Part shown: positions 26,526 through 36,545 of the stretch, piece by piece
Layout of the letters: each line of letters opens with the position of its first letter
Numbering within the stretch: position 1 is the stretch's first letter
Assembly: GCA_963700855.1 (NCBI GenBank)
Contig: CAVOYV010000001.1
Span: forward strand, 853,881-917,880
DNA: 64,000 nt
Source of the DNA: an uncultured Actinomycetes bacterium
GTDB taxonomy: Bacteria; Actinomycetota; UBA4738; HRBIN12
Direction of reading: 5' to 3'
The notes under the pieces: generated by a model
What the model was told of the DNA's origin: nothing
The model's database searches: none
The model's input: only the letters and a program-made list of their open reading frames with translations
Translations under genes and position numbers: made by a program

Positions 26526-27739
26526 TCATACGACGCCGGCGATGCGCGCGAACCGGCGCTTCCCCACCTGCACGACCTTCCCGATCAGCTGCTCGGGCGA
26601 CAGCTCCACATCGGGGTCCGTCACCTGCTCGCCGTCGATCCGGACGGCACCCTGCGCGATCGAGCGTCGCGCCTCCGCGTTCGAGGACGCCAGGCCAGCG
26701 GTCACCAGCGCCCGCGCCAGCCAGATCGTCCCCTCGCGGACCGCGTCGGACGGTAGCGTCACCTCGGAGATGTCCGGGGGAGCTCGTGGCGCTTGAACAC
26801 CTGGTCGAACCGCGCCTCCGCCTGCACCCCTGCGCCCGGACCGTGGTACAGGTCGACGATCGCCCGCGCCATCCTGCGCTTCTCGACGTTCGGATGGATC
26901 GAGCCGTCCGCCAGGCCGGCGAGGACCCTCACGTGGTCCTCGGGGCCAAGGTCCGTGCAGAGGAGCTCGTACTTCGCGATCAGGCCGTCGGGGATCGACA
27001 TCAGCTTGCCGAACTGATCGTCGGGCGGCTCCGTGAGCCCCACGTAGTTGTCGAGCGATTTCGACATCTTGCGGACGCCGTCGAGCCCCTCGATCAGCGG
27101 GGTCGTGAGCACGACCTGCGGCTCCTGGCCGTATGCGCGTTGGACCTCGCGGCCCATCAACAGGTTGAACGTCTGGTCGGTGCCGCCCAGCTCGACGTCC
27201 GCCTCGATCGCGACCGAGTCGTACCCCTGCAGGAGCGGGTAGAGCAACTCGACGACGCTCAGCGGATGTCCCTGCTGATAGCGGGAGCGGAAGTCCTCCC
27301 GCTCGAGCATCTGGGCGACGGTTGCGGCCGACGCGAGCCGGATCAGTCCGTCGCTGCCGAGGGACCCCAGCCACTCCGAGTTGCGCCGGACCTCCGCTCG
27401 ATCGAGATCGAGGACGAGCCCGGCCTGCTCCAGATAGGTCCGCGCGTTCGCGTCGGCCTCCTCCTCGGTGAGCATCGGGCGGGTGTCCGAACGTCCCGAG
27501 GGGTCCCCGACCCGCCCAGTGAAGTCCCCGACGATCAGGACCGCTGTGTGCCCTGCGTCCTGGAACTGCCGGAGCTTGCGCAGGACGACCGTGTGCCCGA
27601 GCGTCAGGTCGGGGCGGCTGGGATCGATCCCGAGCTTCACCCTGAGCGACCGCCCCAGGGCAAGCTTGTCGCGCAGCCCTCGGTCGGGGATCACGTCGAC
27701 CGCGCCCGCCGTGAAGACCTCGATCGGGACGCTCGTCAT
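26526..27739 (-). CDS. tyrS: tyrosine--tRNA ligase; apparent 1-nt deletion in the G5 run at 26776..26780
   Basis: LRVKLGIDP, YPLLQGYDS, ELGGTDQTFN, KMSKS (ORF 26759..27739). The S4-like C-terminal domain ASSNAEARRSIAQGAVRIDG...QVGKRRF is in the neighbouring frame. Confidence 0.95.
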
Positions 27740-27782
27740 GGCTCGCAGGCTCTCGATCGGAGCAACCGGCAGGGCGCCGTCG

Positions 27783-28529
27783 TCAGCTCCTGACCTTGCC
27801 GATCAGACGGAGCACCTCGAAGTAGATCCAGATCAACGTGGCCATCAGACCGAACGCCGCGTACCACTCCATGTAGCTCGGTGCCTGCCTGGCCGCGCCC
27901 TCCTCGATCACCCGGAAGTCGATGAACAGGAACAGTGCGGCCACGATGCAGATCCCCACGGAGATCGCGATACCGATCGGGTCGGGTGAGTTGATGAAAG
28001 GCATCCGGATCCCGAACGCCGACAGGATCCACGTCGCGAGGTACATGAGCGCGATGCCCGCTCCCGCCACGCTGACCGTGAACACGAACCGGTCGGTGAC
28101 CTTCACGATCCGCGTCACGTAGAGCACCAGGCACGCGAGGAACACCGAGAAGGTCGCGAACACGGCCTGGAGCACGATGCCCGGATAGGCCGCCTCGTAG
28201 AGGGCGGAGATCGCGCCGGCCCACAGCCCCATCACCACCGCGTAGACCGGTCCCGTCACGGGCGCGATCTGCGGACGCCGGGCGGTCATGACGGACAGCG
28301 CCATCAGCCCGAACACACCGATCAGCAAGACGACGTTCGCGGTGGACAGTATCTCGCCGGCGTTGTTCCAGCCGAACGTTGCGCTCGCCACTGCGAGGGC
28401 GAGCAGCACCCCGGCCCGGCCGACGGTGCCCCTGACCGTCATCACCCGAGGCTGGGCGCCCAGGTCGATCGGAGTCGGCGGCGCCGGGAGGGTGGTGAAC
28501 GTCGTCTCGTTGAGCATCTCTCGTGACAT
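27783..28529 (-). CDS. Bax inhibitor-1/YccA family membrane protein
   Basis: VMTVRGTVGR, YAVVMGL, IVLQAV, EWYAAFGLMATLIWIYFEVLRL. About 7 TM segments; SD AAGGAG before the ATG at 28529. Confidence 0.9.
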   Translation of the reverse strand: MSREMLNETTFTTLPAPPTPIDLGAQPRVMTVRGTVGRAGVLLALAVASATFGWNNAGEILSTANVVLLIGVFGLMALSVMTARRPQIAPVTGPVYAVVMGLWAGAISALYEAAYPGIVLQAVFATFSVFLACLVLYVTRIVKVTDRFVFTVSVAGAGIALMYLATWILSAFGIRMPFINSPDPIGIAISVGICIVAALFLFIDFRVIEEGAARQAPSYMEWYAAFGLMATLIWIYFEVLRLIGKVRS

Positions 28530-28628
28530 CGGGTCTCCTTCTCGGACTCGCGACACAGGGTATCCCGTGGTCGGGCGAACGCACAGGAACGTGACCGCTC
28601 GGCTACGAGCCCTCGTGCGGGCCGCCGG

Positions 28629-28634
28629 TACCCT
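28629..28634 (+). promoter_or_regulatory. -10 element TACCCT, 6 nt before the PBP start (leaderless)
   Basis: TACCCT ttgccc ATG, with no SD. Confidence 0.55.
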
Positions 28635-28640
28635 TTGCCC

Positions 28641-30872
28641 ATGCGCCACGCCCGGGGGCCGGTCGCCCTCATCATGCTGCTCGCCGTGGTCGGGACCGCG
28701 TGCGCGCTCCCGGACCTTGACGACTACCGGGAGCGCTCACTCGCCCAGACGTCGTTCCTCTACGCATCGGATGGCTCGCTGATCACGGCGCTGCACGCGA
28801 CCGAGGATCGCGTCGTCCTGCGCTCCCGGGAGATGCCCGATGCGCTCCGCGACGCCACCGTTGCGATCGAGGACCGCCGGTTCTTCCAGCACCACGGGGT
28901 CGACCCCGAAGCGATCGCCCGGGCCGCCTGGGTGAACCTCTCGGGCGGTGAGGTCGTCGAAGGGGGCTCCACGATCACGCAGCAACTCGTGAAGAACCTG
29001 TACGTGGGCGACGAGGAGACCTTCGCGCGCAAGTACGAGGAGGCCGTGCTCGCGTGGCAGATGGAGGATCGCCTCACGAAGGGACAGATCCTGACGCAAT
29101 ACCTCAACACCGTCTATTTCGGGCAGGGAGCGTACGGAGCCCAGGCGGCGGCGCGCACGTTCTTCGGGGTGGACGCCGCGGAGCTCTCCGTCGCGCAGTC
29201 GGCGATGCTCGCCGGGCTCATCACCGCCCCGACGCACTTCGACCCTAACGTCCGACCGGAGTCGGCGCTGGGGCGCCGTGGCGTCGTGCTCAAGCTGATG
29301 CGTCGCGAGCGGATGCTCACGCGCCCGGAGTTCCTGGACGCGATCGCCGAGCCGATCGAACTGCGCCACGACGAGGTCCGCAGCACCTACGCCTACCCCT
29401 ACTTCGTGGATCTGTTCAAGCGATGGTTCCTCGCCAACCGGGCCTTCGGCGAGACCCGAGGCGACCGCGAACGGCTGCTGTTCACGGGAGGATTGCGGAT
29501 CACCACCACCCTGGACCCCGACGTCCAGGCCGCCGCCGAGGACGCGGTGACGTCGGTCCTGTCGTTCCCGGGCGACCCCGACGCGGCGGTCACGGTGCTC
29601 GACCCGCGAACAGGGTACGTTCGCGCGATCGTGGGCGGTCGCGACGCCGACTACTGGGCGAACGACCTTGCCGGGCGCGTCAACCTCGCGACGGGCGCGG
29701 GCGGCTCGGGGCGACAGACCGGATCGGCGTTCAAACCGTTCGCCCTCGTGGCCGCGCTCGAGAACGGGTACTCCCCCGACACGTTGTTCTCCGCCCCCGG
29801 CTCGATCGATATCGCGCTCGACGGCGGCAACGTCTGGCACGTGACGAACGCCGAGGGGGGCGGGTACGGCACGATGACCCTGCGCTCGGCCACCGTGAGC
29901 TCGGTCAACACCGTCTATGCGCAGCTGATCGAGCGTCTCACGCCGCAGACCGTGGTCGAGACCGCGCAGAGGATGGGGATGCGCTGCTGCCCTCGCGTGG
30001 CGGAGCCCGACGAAGCGCTCGACCCCTACCTGTCGGCCGTCCTGGGGTCCAACGAAGCCAACACCCTCGAGATGGCCTCTGCCTACGGGACGCTCGCCAC
30101 AGGCGGGCGACACGTCCACCCGGTGCCGGCGATCAGCGTCGTCGACGCACAGGGCGAGGTCCTGTGGCAGGCAGAGCCGCGGGCCGAGCAGGTCGTGGCG
30201 CCCGAGGTAGCCGCGGCGGCGACCGACATCCTCCAGGAGGCCGTCCAGTATGGGACGGGGACCGCCGCCAACATCGGGCGTCCGCAGATCGGTAAGACGG
30301 GCACCGACGACGATCACGACAACGCGTGGTTCGTGGGCGCGGTGCCGCAGCTCTCGGCGGCGGTATGGGTCGGGTTCCTCGAAGGACAGATCCCGATGGA
30401 GCCGCCCCGGACCCGCATCACGGTGTTCGGCGGGACGTGGCCGGCCCAGATCTGGCGCAACCTGATGCTTGCGGTCACCCAAGACCTCCCCCAGGAGCCG
30501 TTCCCCACCCCCGAGGTCAGCTACGTCGCGGTCGCGATCGATGTCACCCAACAGCCTGCCTGTTTGCCGAACCAGTACACGCTGCCGCAGAACATCGAGA
30601 TCCTGAACTTCATCGAAGGCACCGAACCGACCGCCACCTGCACGAACCCGACCTCCCTGCAGGAGGTCGTGGTCCCATCGGTGGTGGGCGTCGGGCAAGC
30701 CGAGGCGATGGCGACGCTCGAGGAGGCCGGCTTCTACGTCCAGGTGGAGGTCGCGTCGTCGACGCAGCCCGCGGGCGCCGTGATCTACCAGTCCCCCGCG
30801 GGTGGGACGACGGAGTTCCAGACCAGCACCGTCACGATGACGGTGGCGATGGCGTCCGAGCCCGAGGCGTAG
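28641..30872 (+). CDS. class A penicillin-binding protein (transglycosylase-transpeptidase) with C-terminal PASTA domain and possible lipobox
   Basis: GT motifs EDRRFFQHHGVD, GGSTITQQLVKN, RKYEE. TP motifs SAFK, SVN, KTGT. C-terminal VPSVVG...QSPAGG. Confidence 0.93.
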   Translation: MRHARGPVALIMLLAVVGTACALPDLDDYRERSLAQTSFLYASDGSLITALHATEDRVVLRSREMPDALRDATVAIEDRRFFQHHGVDPEAIARAAWVNLSGGEVVEGGSTITQQLVKNLYVGDEETFARKYEEAVLAWQMEDRLTKGQILTQYLNTVYFGQGAYGAQAAARTFFGVDAAELSVAQSAMLAGLITAPTHFDPNVRPESALGRRGVVLKLMRRERMLTRPEFLDAIAEPIELRHDEVRSTYAYPYFVDLFKRWFLANRAFGETRGDRERLLFTGGLRITTTLDPDVQAAAEDAVTSVLSFPGDPDAAVTVLDPRTGYVRAIVGGRDADYWANDLAGRVNLATGAGGSGRQTGSAFKPFALVAALENGYSPDTLFSAPGSIDIALDGGNVWHVTNAEGGGYGTMTLRSATVSSVNTVYAQLIERLTPQTVVETAQRMGMRCCPRVAEPDEALDPYLSAVLGSNEANTLEMASAYGTLATGGRHVHPVPAISVVDAQGEVLWQAEPRAEQVVAPEVAAAATDILQEAVQYGTGTAANIGRPQIGKTGTDDDHDNAWFVGAVPQLSAAVWVGFLEGQIPMEPPRTRITVFGGTWPAQIWRNLMLAVTQDLPQEPFPTPEVSYVAVAIDVTQQPACLPNQYTLPQNIEILNFIEGTEPTATCTNPTSLQEVVVPSVVGVGQAEAMATLEEAGFYVQVEVASSTQPAGAVIYQSPAGGTTEFQTSTVTMTVAMASEPEA

Positions 30873-31443
30873 ACACCCACGGGCTCCCCGCCTCGAGGAA
30901 CCGCCAGCACCGCTCCGTCCCCCGACGGATACCGACGCGCGGACCCGCCACGACCCGCGCGCGTGGTACCGGGGTCCCCAGCTCGAGCCACAGATCCCGC
31001 CCACGGATCAGGTCGGCACCGTCCTCGGCGGCCGACACCCCGAAGGCCTGCGCCCAGCGCGCGGGACCCGCGCACAGGAGACCCACACGGTCCGTCCCAC
31101 GGAGGGCCGCCATCGCGTCGATCCCCTCGAGCGGCTCCCCCGCACGCAGGAGCACCGCGCTGCCGTGGCCGTGCGAGCCGGTCACGACGTTCATGCACCA
31201 GTGCATGCCGTAGGTGAAGTACACGTACAACCGCCCCGGCCCCCCGAACATCGTCGCGTTGCGTTGCGTCGGGCCTCGGAACGAGTGACTCGCCGGGTCG
31301 TCGGCCTCGTAGGCCTCGGTCTCCACGATCCGCGCCCGGAGGATCGTCCCGTCCGTGAGCCTTCGGGCGAGGATCTGGCCGAGCAGGTCGGGGGCGACCT
31401 CCGGCGCGGCTCGCTCGAAGAGGGCTCGCGGGAGCCGCGACAC
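30832..31443 (-). CDS. mpg: 3-methyladenine DNA glycosylase (MPG/AAG family)
   Basis: RIVETEAY, DPASHS, MFGGPGRLYVYFTYGMHWCMNVV, AVLLRAGEP, GPRVGI. Confidence 0.95.
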   Translation of the reverse strand: MSRLPRALFERAAPEVAPDLLGQILARRLTDGTILRARIVETEAYEADDPASHSFRGPTQRNATMFGGPGRLYVYFTYGMHWCMNVVTGSHGHGSAVLLRAGEPLEGIDAMAALRGTDRVGLLCAGPARWAQAFGVSAAEDGADLIRGRDLWLELGTPVPRARVVAGPRVGIRRGTERCWRFLEAGSPWVSTPRARTPSPPSS

Positions 31444-31444
31444 C

Positions 31445-33166
31445 TCAGCGGCCCTTCCGCAGGAACCGTCGCAGCTTCGTGAGCGGCCAGGTGTTGATCA
31501 CATCGCCGGGCGTCAGCCACCCTCGTTGCGCGACGCCGACCCCGTACCGCATGAAGTCGAGGTGACCGATCGCGTGACTATCGGTGTCGATCGCGAACCG
31601 CACCCCGTGGCGCTTCGCTCGCCGGACGTGGTCGTCGCGCAGATCGAGCCGGTCAGGGTAAGCGTCGATCTCGAGCGCGGTGCCGGTGCGGGCCGCGGCC
31701 GCGAAGACCGCATCGAGGTCGAGGTCCACGGGCTCGCGCCTGCCGATCAGTCGCGTGGTGAGATGCCCGATCACGTTGACGTGCGGGTTCTCCATCGCTT
31801 TGATCACCCGCGCGGTCATCTCGTCGCGCGGCTGACGGAAGTGCGAGTGGACCGAGGCCACCGTCACGTCGAACCCGTCCAGGAACTCGGCGCCCCAGTC
31901 GACGCGTCCGTCGGGGCCGATGTTCAGCTCGCTGCCGTGCAGCAGCGTCATCGAGGGGAAGCGGTCCTGGAGGGCGTGGATGCGTTCGCGTTGGGCCAGC
32001 ATCTTCTCGTCGGTCATCCGATGCATCGGGAGGTCGGGTGCGTGGTCGGTCACGGCGTAGTAGTCGTAGCCCCTCGTGGCTGCGGCACCGAGCATCGCCT
32101 CGAGCGACGCCCTCCCGTCGGTCAGATCGGTGTGCGTGTGGAGGTCGCCACGGATCCGCTTCGCGGTGACGAGCGACGGGAGCGACCCGGCCAGGGCCGC
32201 CTCCACCTCGCCGAGGTCCTCCCGGAGCGTGGGTTCGATGTAGGGCAGGCCGAGCCGCTCGTACACCGCGCGCTCGGTCCGGGCGGCCAGCAGGTCGCCA
32301 CCGGTCGCGTCGAACAGCCCGTACTCGTTCAGCTTGAGGCCGGCGCGGACCGCGAGCTCACGGATCCGCACGTTGTGCGCCTTCGAGCCTGTGAAGTAGA
32401 TCATCGCGGCGCCCCACGCCGGCTTCGGGATCACACGGAGGTCCACCTGCAGGCCGTCGCGGGTGACGATCGACGACTTCGTCTCACCCTTCGCAAGGAC
32501 ACGGGCGACCACGCCGTACCCCGTGAAGGCGTCCATGATCGGGCCGGCGTCGTCCGCGGCGACGAGGAGGTCAACGTCACCGATCGTCTCGGCCATCCGT
32601 CGCAGGGACCCCGCGTACGCCGCATCCTTCACGCCGGGCACATCGCGCAGCCGATCGAGCAGGTCCTCCGCGACCGTGAGCGCAACGTCGATCCGAACCC
32701 TTCCCTCGCCTTCGCGGGCACGGGCGGCGCCGGCGAGGATCTGCTGCTCGGTCTTCCCCGAGAAGCCCCTCAGGGTCGAGAGCCGTCCGTCGTGCGCGGC
32801 GGTGACGAGCCCGTCGACGTCCGCGATCCCGAGCTCCTGGTAGACGGCCATCGCCTTCTTGGGTCCGAAGCCCGCGATCCGGGTCATCTCCCGCACCCCG
32901 GACGGGATCTGCCCGCGGAGCTCGTCCAGCTCGGGGAAGGTTCCGGTCCGTAGGATCTCCTCGATCTTCTGCGCGATCGACGCCCCGACGTTGGGGATCG
33001 ACCGGATCCCCACCGCGTCGAGGCCGGCCAGATCCTCGGGATGGGAGCCGACGGAACGGGCCGCCTTCTCGTAGGCGCGCGGCTTGAACGGATCGTCCGC
33101 GACGATCGACAGCAGGTCGGCGAACTCGAGGAGGATCCGCTCGACGTCGTCGTTCGCCCGCGGCAC
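31445..33166 (-). CDS. polX: DNA polymerase/3'-5' exonuclease PolX (PolX core plus PHP domain)
   Basis: RAYEKAA, AGSLRR...GDVDLL, QVDLRV, YFTGSKAHN, GDLHTHT, TDH, DTDSH. Confidence 0.95.
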   Translation of the reverse strand: MPRANDDVERILLEFADLLSIVADDPFKPRAYEKAARSVGSHPEDLAGLDAVGIRSIPNVGASIAQKIEEILRTGTFPELDELRGQIPSGVREMTRIAGFGPKKAMAVYQELGIADVDGLVTAAHDGRLSTLRGFSGKTEQQILAGAARAREGEGRVRIDVALTVAEDLLDRLRDVPGVKDAAYAGSLRRMAETIGDVDLLVAADDAGPIMDAFTGYGVVARVLAKGETKSSIVTRDGLQVDLRVIPKPAWGAAMIYFTGSKAHNVRIRELAVRAGLKLNEYGLFDATGGDLLAARTERAVYERLGLPYIEPTLREDLGEVEAALAGSLPSLVTAKRIRGDLHTHTDLTDGRASLEAMLGAAATRGYDYYAVTDHAPDLPMHRMTDEKMLAQRERIHALQDRFPSMTLLHGSELNIGPDGRVDWGAEFLDGFDVTVASVHSHFRQPRDEMTARVIKAMENPHVNVIGHLTTRLIGRREPVDLDLDAVFAAAARTGTALEIDAYPDRLDLRDDHVRRAKRHGVRFAIDTDSHAIGHLDFMRYGVGVAQRGWLTPGDVINTWPLTKLRRFLRKGR

Positions 33167-33177
33167 GGCTGGACGGC

Positions 33178-34098
33178 TCAGGCGATCCCGAGCAGGAAGA
33201 GCAGCAGGGCCTTCTGGGAGTGCAGGCGATTCTCCGCCTGATCCCAGACCACCGATCGGGGGCCGTCGATCACCTCGTCGGTGATCTCCTGGCCGCGGTG
33301 GGCGGGCAGGCAGTGCATCACCAGCACCTCATCGGTCGCGACGTCGACCAGGGCCTGGTTCAGTTGGTACGCGGGGAACACGAGCGCCCGCTCGTCGGCC
33401 TCGGCCTCCTGCCCCATGCTGGCCCATACGTCGGTGTACAAGACGTGCGCGCCTTCGGAGGCGGCCTTCGGATCGTTGACGACCTCGACGCTGCCGCCCG
33501 TCTCTGCGGCGATCTCGGCCGCCCGGTGCACCACCATCGGGATCGGCTCGAACCCCGGTGGGGTTGCCGCCCGTACGTGCATCCCCGCTTTCGCGCCCGC
33601 GAGCAGGAGCGAGTGGGTCACGTTGTTCCCGTCCCCCAGGTACGTCAGCACACGGCCGGTGAGCTCACCGAGGTGTTCGCGGACGGTCTGCAGATCGGCG
33701 AGTGCCTGGCAGGGATGCTCGAAGTCGGACAGCGAGTTCACCACCGGCACGTCCGTGGCGCCTGCGAGCAGTTCGAGACGCTCCTGCTCGAACGTCCGCA
33801 GGACGATCGCGTCGACGTAGCGCGCGAGCACACGCCCGGTGTCCTCGATCGTCTCCCCCCGCCCGAGCTGCAGATCCGTCGAGGACAGCGCGAGCGGATA
33901 CCCGCCGAGCTGCGCCACACCGACCTCGAACGAGACACGGGTGCGGGTCGAGGACTTCTCGAAGATCAGGGCGACGCAACGCCCGTTGAGCGAGGTCGCA
34001 TGCATCGCACGGTCGGCCTTGAGCGCCGCCGCCATCTCGAGGACGTGGGTGAGCTCATCGAGGGAGAGGTCGTCGACGGAGAGGTAGTCACGTGTCAT
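33178..34098 (-). CDS. argF: ornithine carbamoyltransferase
   Basis: FEKSSTRTRVSFE, HPCQALAD, GDGNN, YTDVWASMG, HCLP. ATG at 34098; TAGACT at 34109..34114. Confidence 0.95.
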   Translation of the reverse strand: MTRDYLSVDDLSLDELTHVLEMAAALKADRAMHATSLNGRCVALIFEKSSTRTRVSFEVGVAQLGGYPLALSSTDLQLGRGETIEDTGRVLARYVDAIVLRTFEQERLELLAGATDVPVVNSLSDFEHPCQALADLQTVREHLGELTGRVLTYLGDGNNVTHSLLLAGAKAGMHVRAATPPGFEPIPMVVHRAAEIAAETGGSVEVVNDPKAASEGAHVLYTDVWASMGQEAEADERALVFPAYQLNQALVDVATDEVLVMHCLPAHRGQEITDEVIDGPRSVVWDQAENRLHSQKALLLFLLGIA

Positions 34099-34160
34099 GG
34101 CGTGGCCGAGTCTAGTCCGGGGGTGCGCCCGGGGGCCAGGGTCGCGTCGGTGGCCGACGA

Positions 34161-36545
34161 TCACCCTGCGCGCAGCGTCGCCGAGAGCTCCGACGCCAAT
34201 CGCTCCACGATCCGGTCCACCGCGATCTGCGCCTCCTCGTCCGTGAGGGTGCGGTCGGGGGCACGGAAATCGACCGCGAAGGCCAGGCTCTTCGTGCCCG
34301 GGGGCAGGGATCCGCCGCGGAACACGTCGAACAGCTCGCAGGCACCGAGCAGCTCTGCACCCGCCTCCTCGAGGGCGCGCTGGACGTCGCCGGCAGGGGT
34401 GTCCTCCGGGAGCACGAACGCGAGGTCGCGCCGAACCGGGGGGAACCGGGGCACATCGCGGAGCGCGACGATGCGCTCGGAGGCGGTGAGCAGCGATCCG
34501 AGGCCGACCACCACGACGGCGACCCGTCCCTCGATGTCGAGACCCTGGGTGACGCGAGGGTGGATCTCGCCCATGACGCCGACCGGACGGTCCTCCACCA
34601 GGACCTGGGCGGAACGCCCGGGATGGAACGGACCCTGCGGCACGTCGCCCAGCGACCAGCCGCTGACGCCGAGGTCGTGGAGCAGGGTCTCCAAGATCGC
34701 CTTCGCGTCGAGAGCGTCGAGGTCTCGGCGATCGGCCGCCCATCCGGTGCCGGCTGGCCCGCAGAGCACCGCACCGGCCTTGCGGAGCTGGACGAAGGGC
34801 TCCTCGTCGACGCCGAGCCGGAAGGTGGCCCCCACCTCGAACAGTGCCACTCGCTCGACCCCTGCGGCTTGGTTACGCGCGACCCCTCTCAGCAGACCGG
34901 GTGTCAGTCGCGTACGCAGGAATCCCTCTTCCGCCCGCAACGGGTTGGCGACCGGCACGGCGTCGGTATCCCCGAACATCGCGAGGTCCTCGGCCGAGAC
35001 GAACGGCGCCGGCCGGATCTCGCGCAGCCCCGCCCGACGCAGCGAGGCCTTCGCGCGCCGGGCGAACGCGTACTCTGGTGGCAGTCCCCCGGCATGGGGC
35101 GCACGCGGGAGGGTCGACCCGACGTGGTCGTATCCCTGGATCCGCACGACCTCCTCGATCAGGTCGACCTCGCGGTCGATGTCGGTGCGGTAGCTGGGAA
35201 CCTCGACCTCGATCACGTCGTCGTCGGTTCGGTGAACCATCCGGAGGGTCTCGAAGACCTCGACCGCCGCCGCCGTGTCGACCGGATAGCCGAGCAGCGC
35301 GCCGGCCCGGGATGCCCGCATCGACACGGAGCGCCGCGCGGGCGCGGCACCGGCCTCGGCGACACCCGCGAGGACGGTTCCGCCGCCCCACTCGACGATC
35401 AGCTTGGCGCACCGTGTCGCCGCGGGAACGACGCCCTCGGGATCGGTGCCGCGCTCGAACCGGTGGGAGGCCTCGGTGTGCAGGTCCAGGCGACGACCGG
35501 TCAGGAGGACCCCGCCACGCGTGAAGTAGGCGCTCTCGAGCAGGACGTTCGCGGTGTGCGAGGAGACCTCGGACGACCGCCCACCCATCACGCCTGCGAT
35601 CGCCACCGGCTTGTCGATGTCGCAGATCAGCAGGTCGTGGTCGGTGAGCACACGCTCGACGTCGTCGAGGGTCGTGAGTCGCTCTCCCTCGGTCGCCTCG
35701 CGGACGACGATGCCCGGTCCTGCCAGGCGGTCCATGTCGAACCCGTGCAGAGGCTGCCCCATCTCGAGCATCACGTAGTTCGTCGCATCGACGATCGCGT
35801 CGATCGGACGCATCCCCGCGGCGGTCAGCCGCGCCTGGACCCACAGCGGCGATGGACGGTGCGACACGCCCCGGATCACCCGAGCGACGTAGCGTGGGCA
35901 CGCCTCGGGGGCGTCGATCCGCACCGTGGCGACGTCGGCGGCGCGTTCGTCCGTCTCTGCGATGCGCAGATCCGGCTCGCCCAGTGGCACCCCGGTGGCG
36001 GCGGCGACCTCGCGGGCCACACCGTAGACGCTCAGGAAATCGGGGCGGTTGGGTTCGACCTCGATGTCGAGGACGGCGTCGCCGAGGCCCAGCGCCGACT
36101 TGAGATCGACCCCCACCCCGAGCCCCGTGTCGTTCAAGATCGCGATCCCGCCGTGATCCTGCGACACGCCGAGCTCACGCGGCGAGCAGAGCATCCCGTT
36201 CGACACGACGCCACGGATCTCGCGCGCCCCCAAGGGATCGGGCAGCGCGGGGACCCGCCCTCCGGGCGGCACCCACGACACGAGGTCTCCCGCGACCATG
36301 TTCCGCACGCCCACGACCAACTCGACCTCGCCGGAGCCGTGCTGGATCCGCGCGACGCACAGGGTGTCGGAGTCCGGGTGGTCGCGGACCTCGAGCACGC
36401 GCACGACGACCACGCCCTCGAGACCGTCCCATGGCCACTCGACCCCTTCGACCTTCACCCCACGCTTCGTCATCAGCTCCGCGAGGTCGTCGGCGCCCAT
36501 GTCGGTGGGCGCGTACTCACGCAGCCAGTGCAGCGGGACCCTCAC
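34161..36545 (-). CDS. pheT: phenylalanine--tRNA ligase beta subunit
   Basis: HPDSDTL, SNGMLCS, PNRPDFLS, VDATNYVMLEMGQPLHGFD, RFERG, RRDLAF. Confidence 0.97.
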   Translation of the reverse strand: MRVPLHWLREYAPTDMGADDLAELMTKRGVKVEGVEWPWDGLEGVVVVRVLEVRDHPDSDTLCVARIQHGSGEVELVVGVRNMVAGDLVSWVPPGGRVPALPDPLGAREIRGVVSNGMLCSPRELGVSQDHGGIAILNDTGLGVGVDLKSALGLGDAVLDIEVEPNRPDFLSVYGVAREVAAATGVPLGEPDLRIAETDERAADVATVRIDAPEACPRYVARVIRGVSHRPSPLWVQARLTAAGMRPIDAIVDATNYVMLEMGQPLHGFDMDRLAGPGIVVREATEGERLTTLDDVERVLTDHDLLICDIDKPVAIAGVMGGRSSEVSSHTANVLLESAYFTRGGVLLTGRRLDLHTEASHRFERGTDPEGVVPAATRCAKLIVEWGGGTVLAGVAEAGAAPARRSVSMRASRAGALLGYPVDTAAAVEVFETLRMVHRTDDDVIEVEVPSYRTDIDREVDLIEEVVRIQGYDHVGSTLPRAPHAGGLPPEYAFARRAKASLRRAGLREIRPAPFVSAEDLAMFGDTDAVPVANPLRAEEGFLRTRLTPGLLRGVARNQAAGVERVALFEVGATFRLGVDEEPFVQLRKAGAVLCGPAGTGWAADRRDLDALDAKAILETLLHDLGVSGWSLGDVPQGPFHPGRSAQVLVEDRPVGVMGEIHPRVTQGLDIEGRVAVVVVGLGSLLTASERIVALRDVPRFPPVRRDLAFVLPEDTPAGDVQRALEEAGAELLGACELFDVFRGGSLPPGTKSLAFAVDFRAPDRTLTDEEAQIAVDRIVERLASELSATLRAG

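Noticed and set aside
26759-26800. Programmed frameshifting in tyrS (or recN, pdp)
   Set aside because: There is no slippery heptamer with a stimulatory structure, and the breaks resemble the other indel errors.
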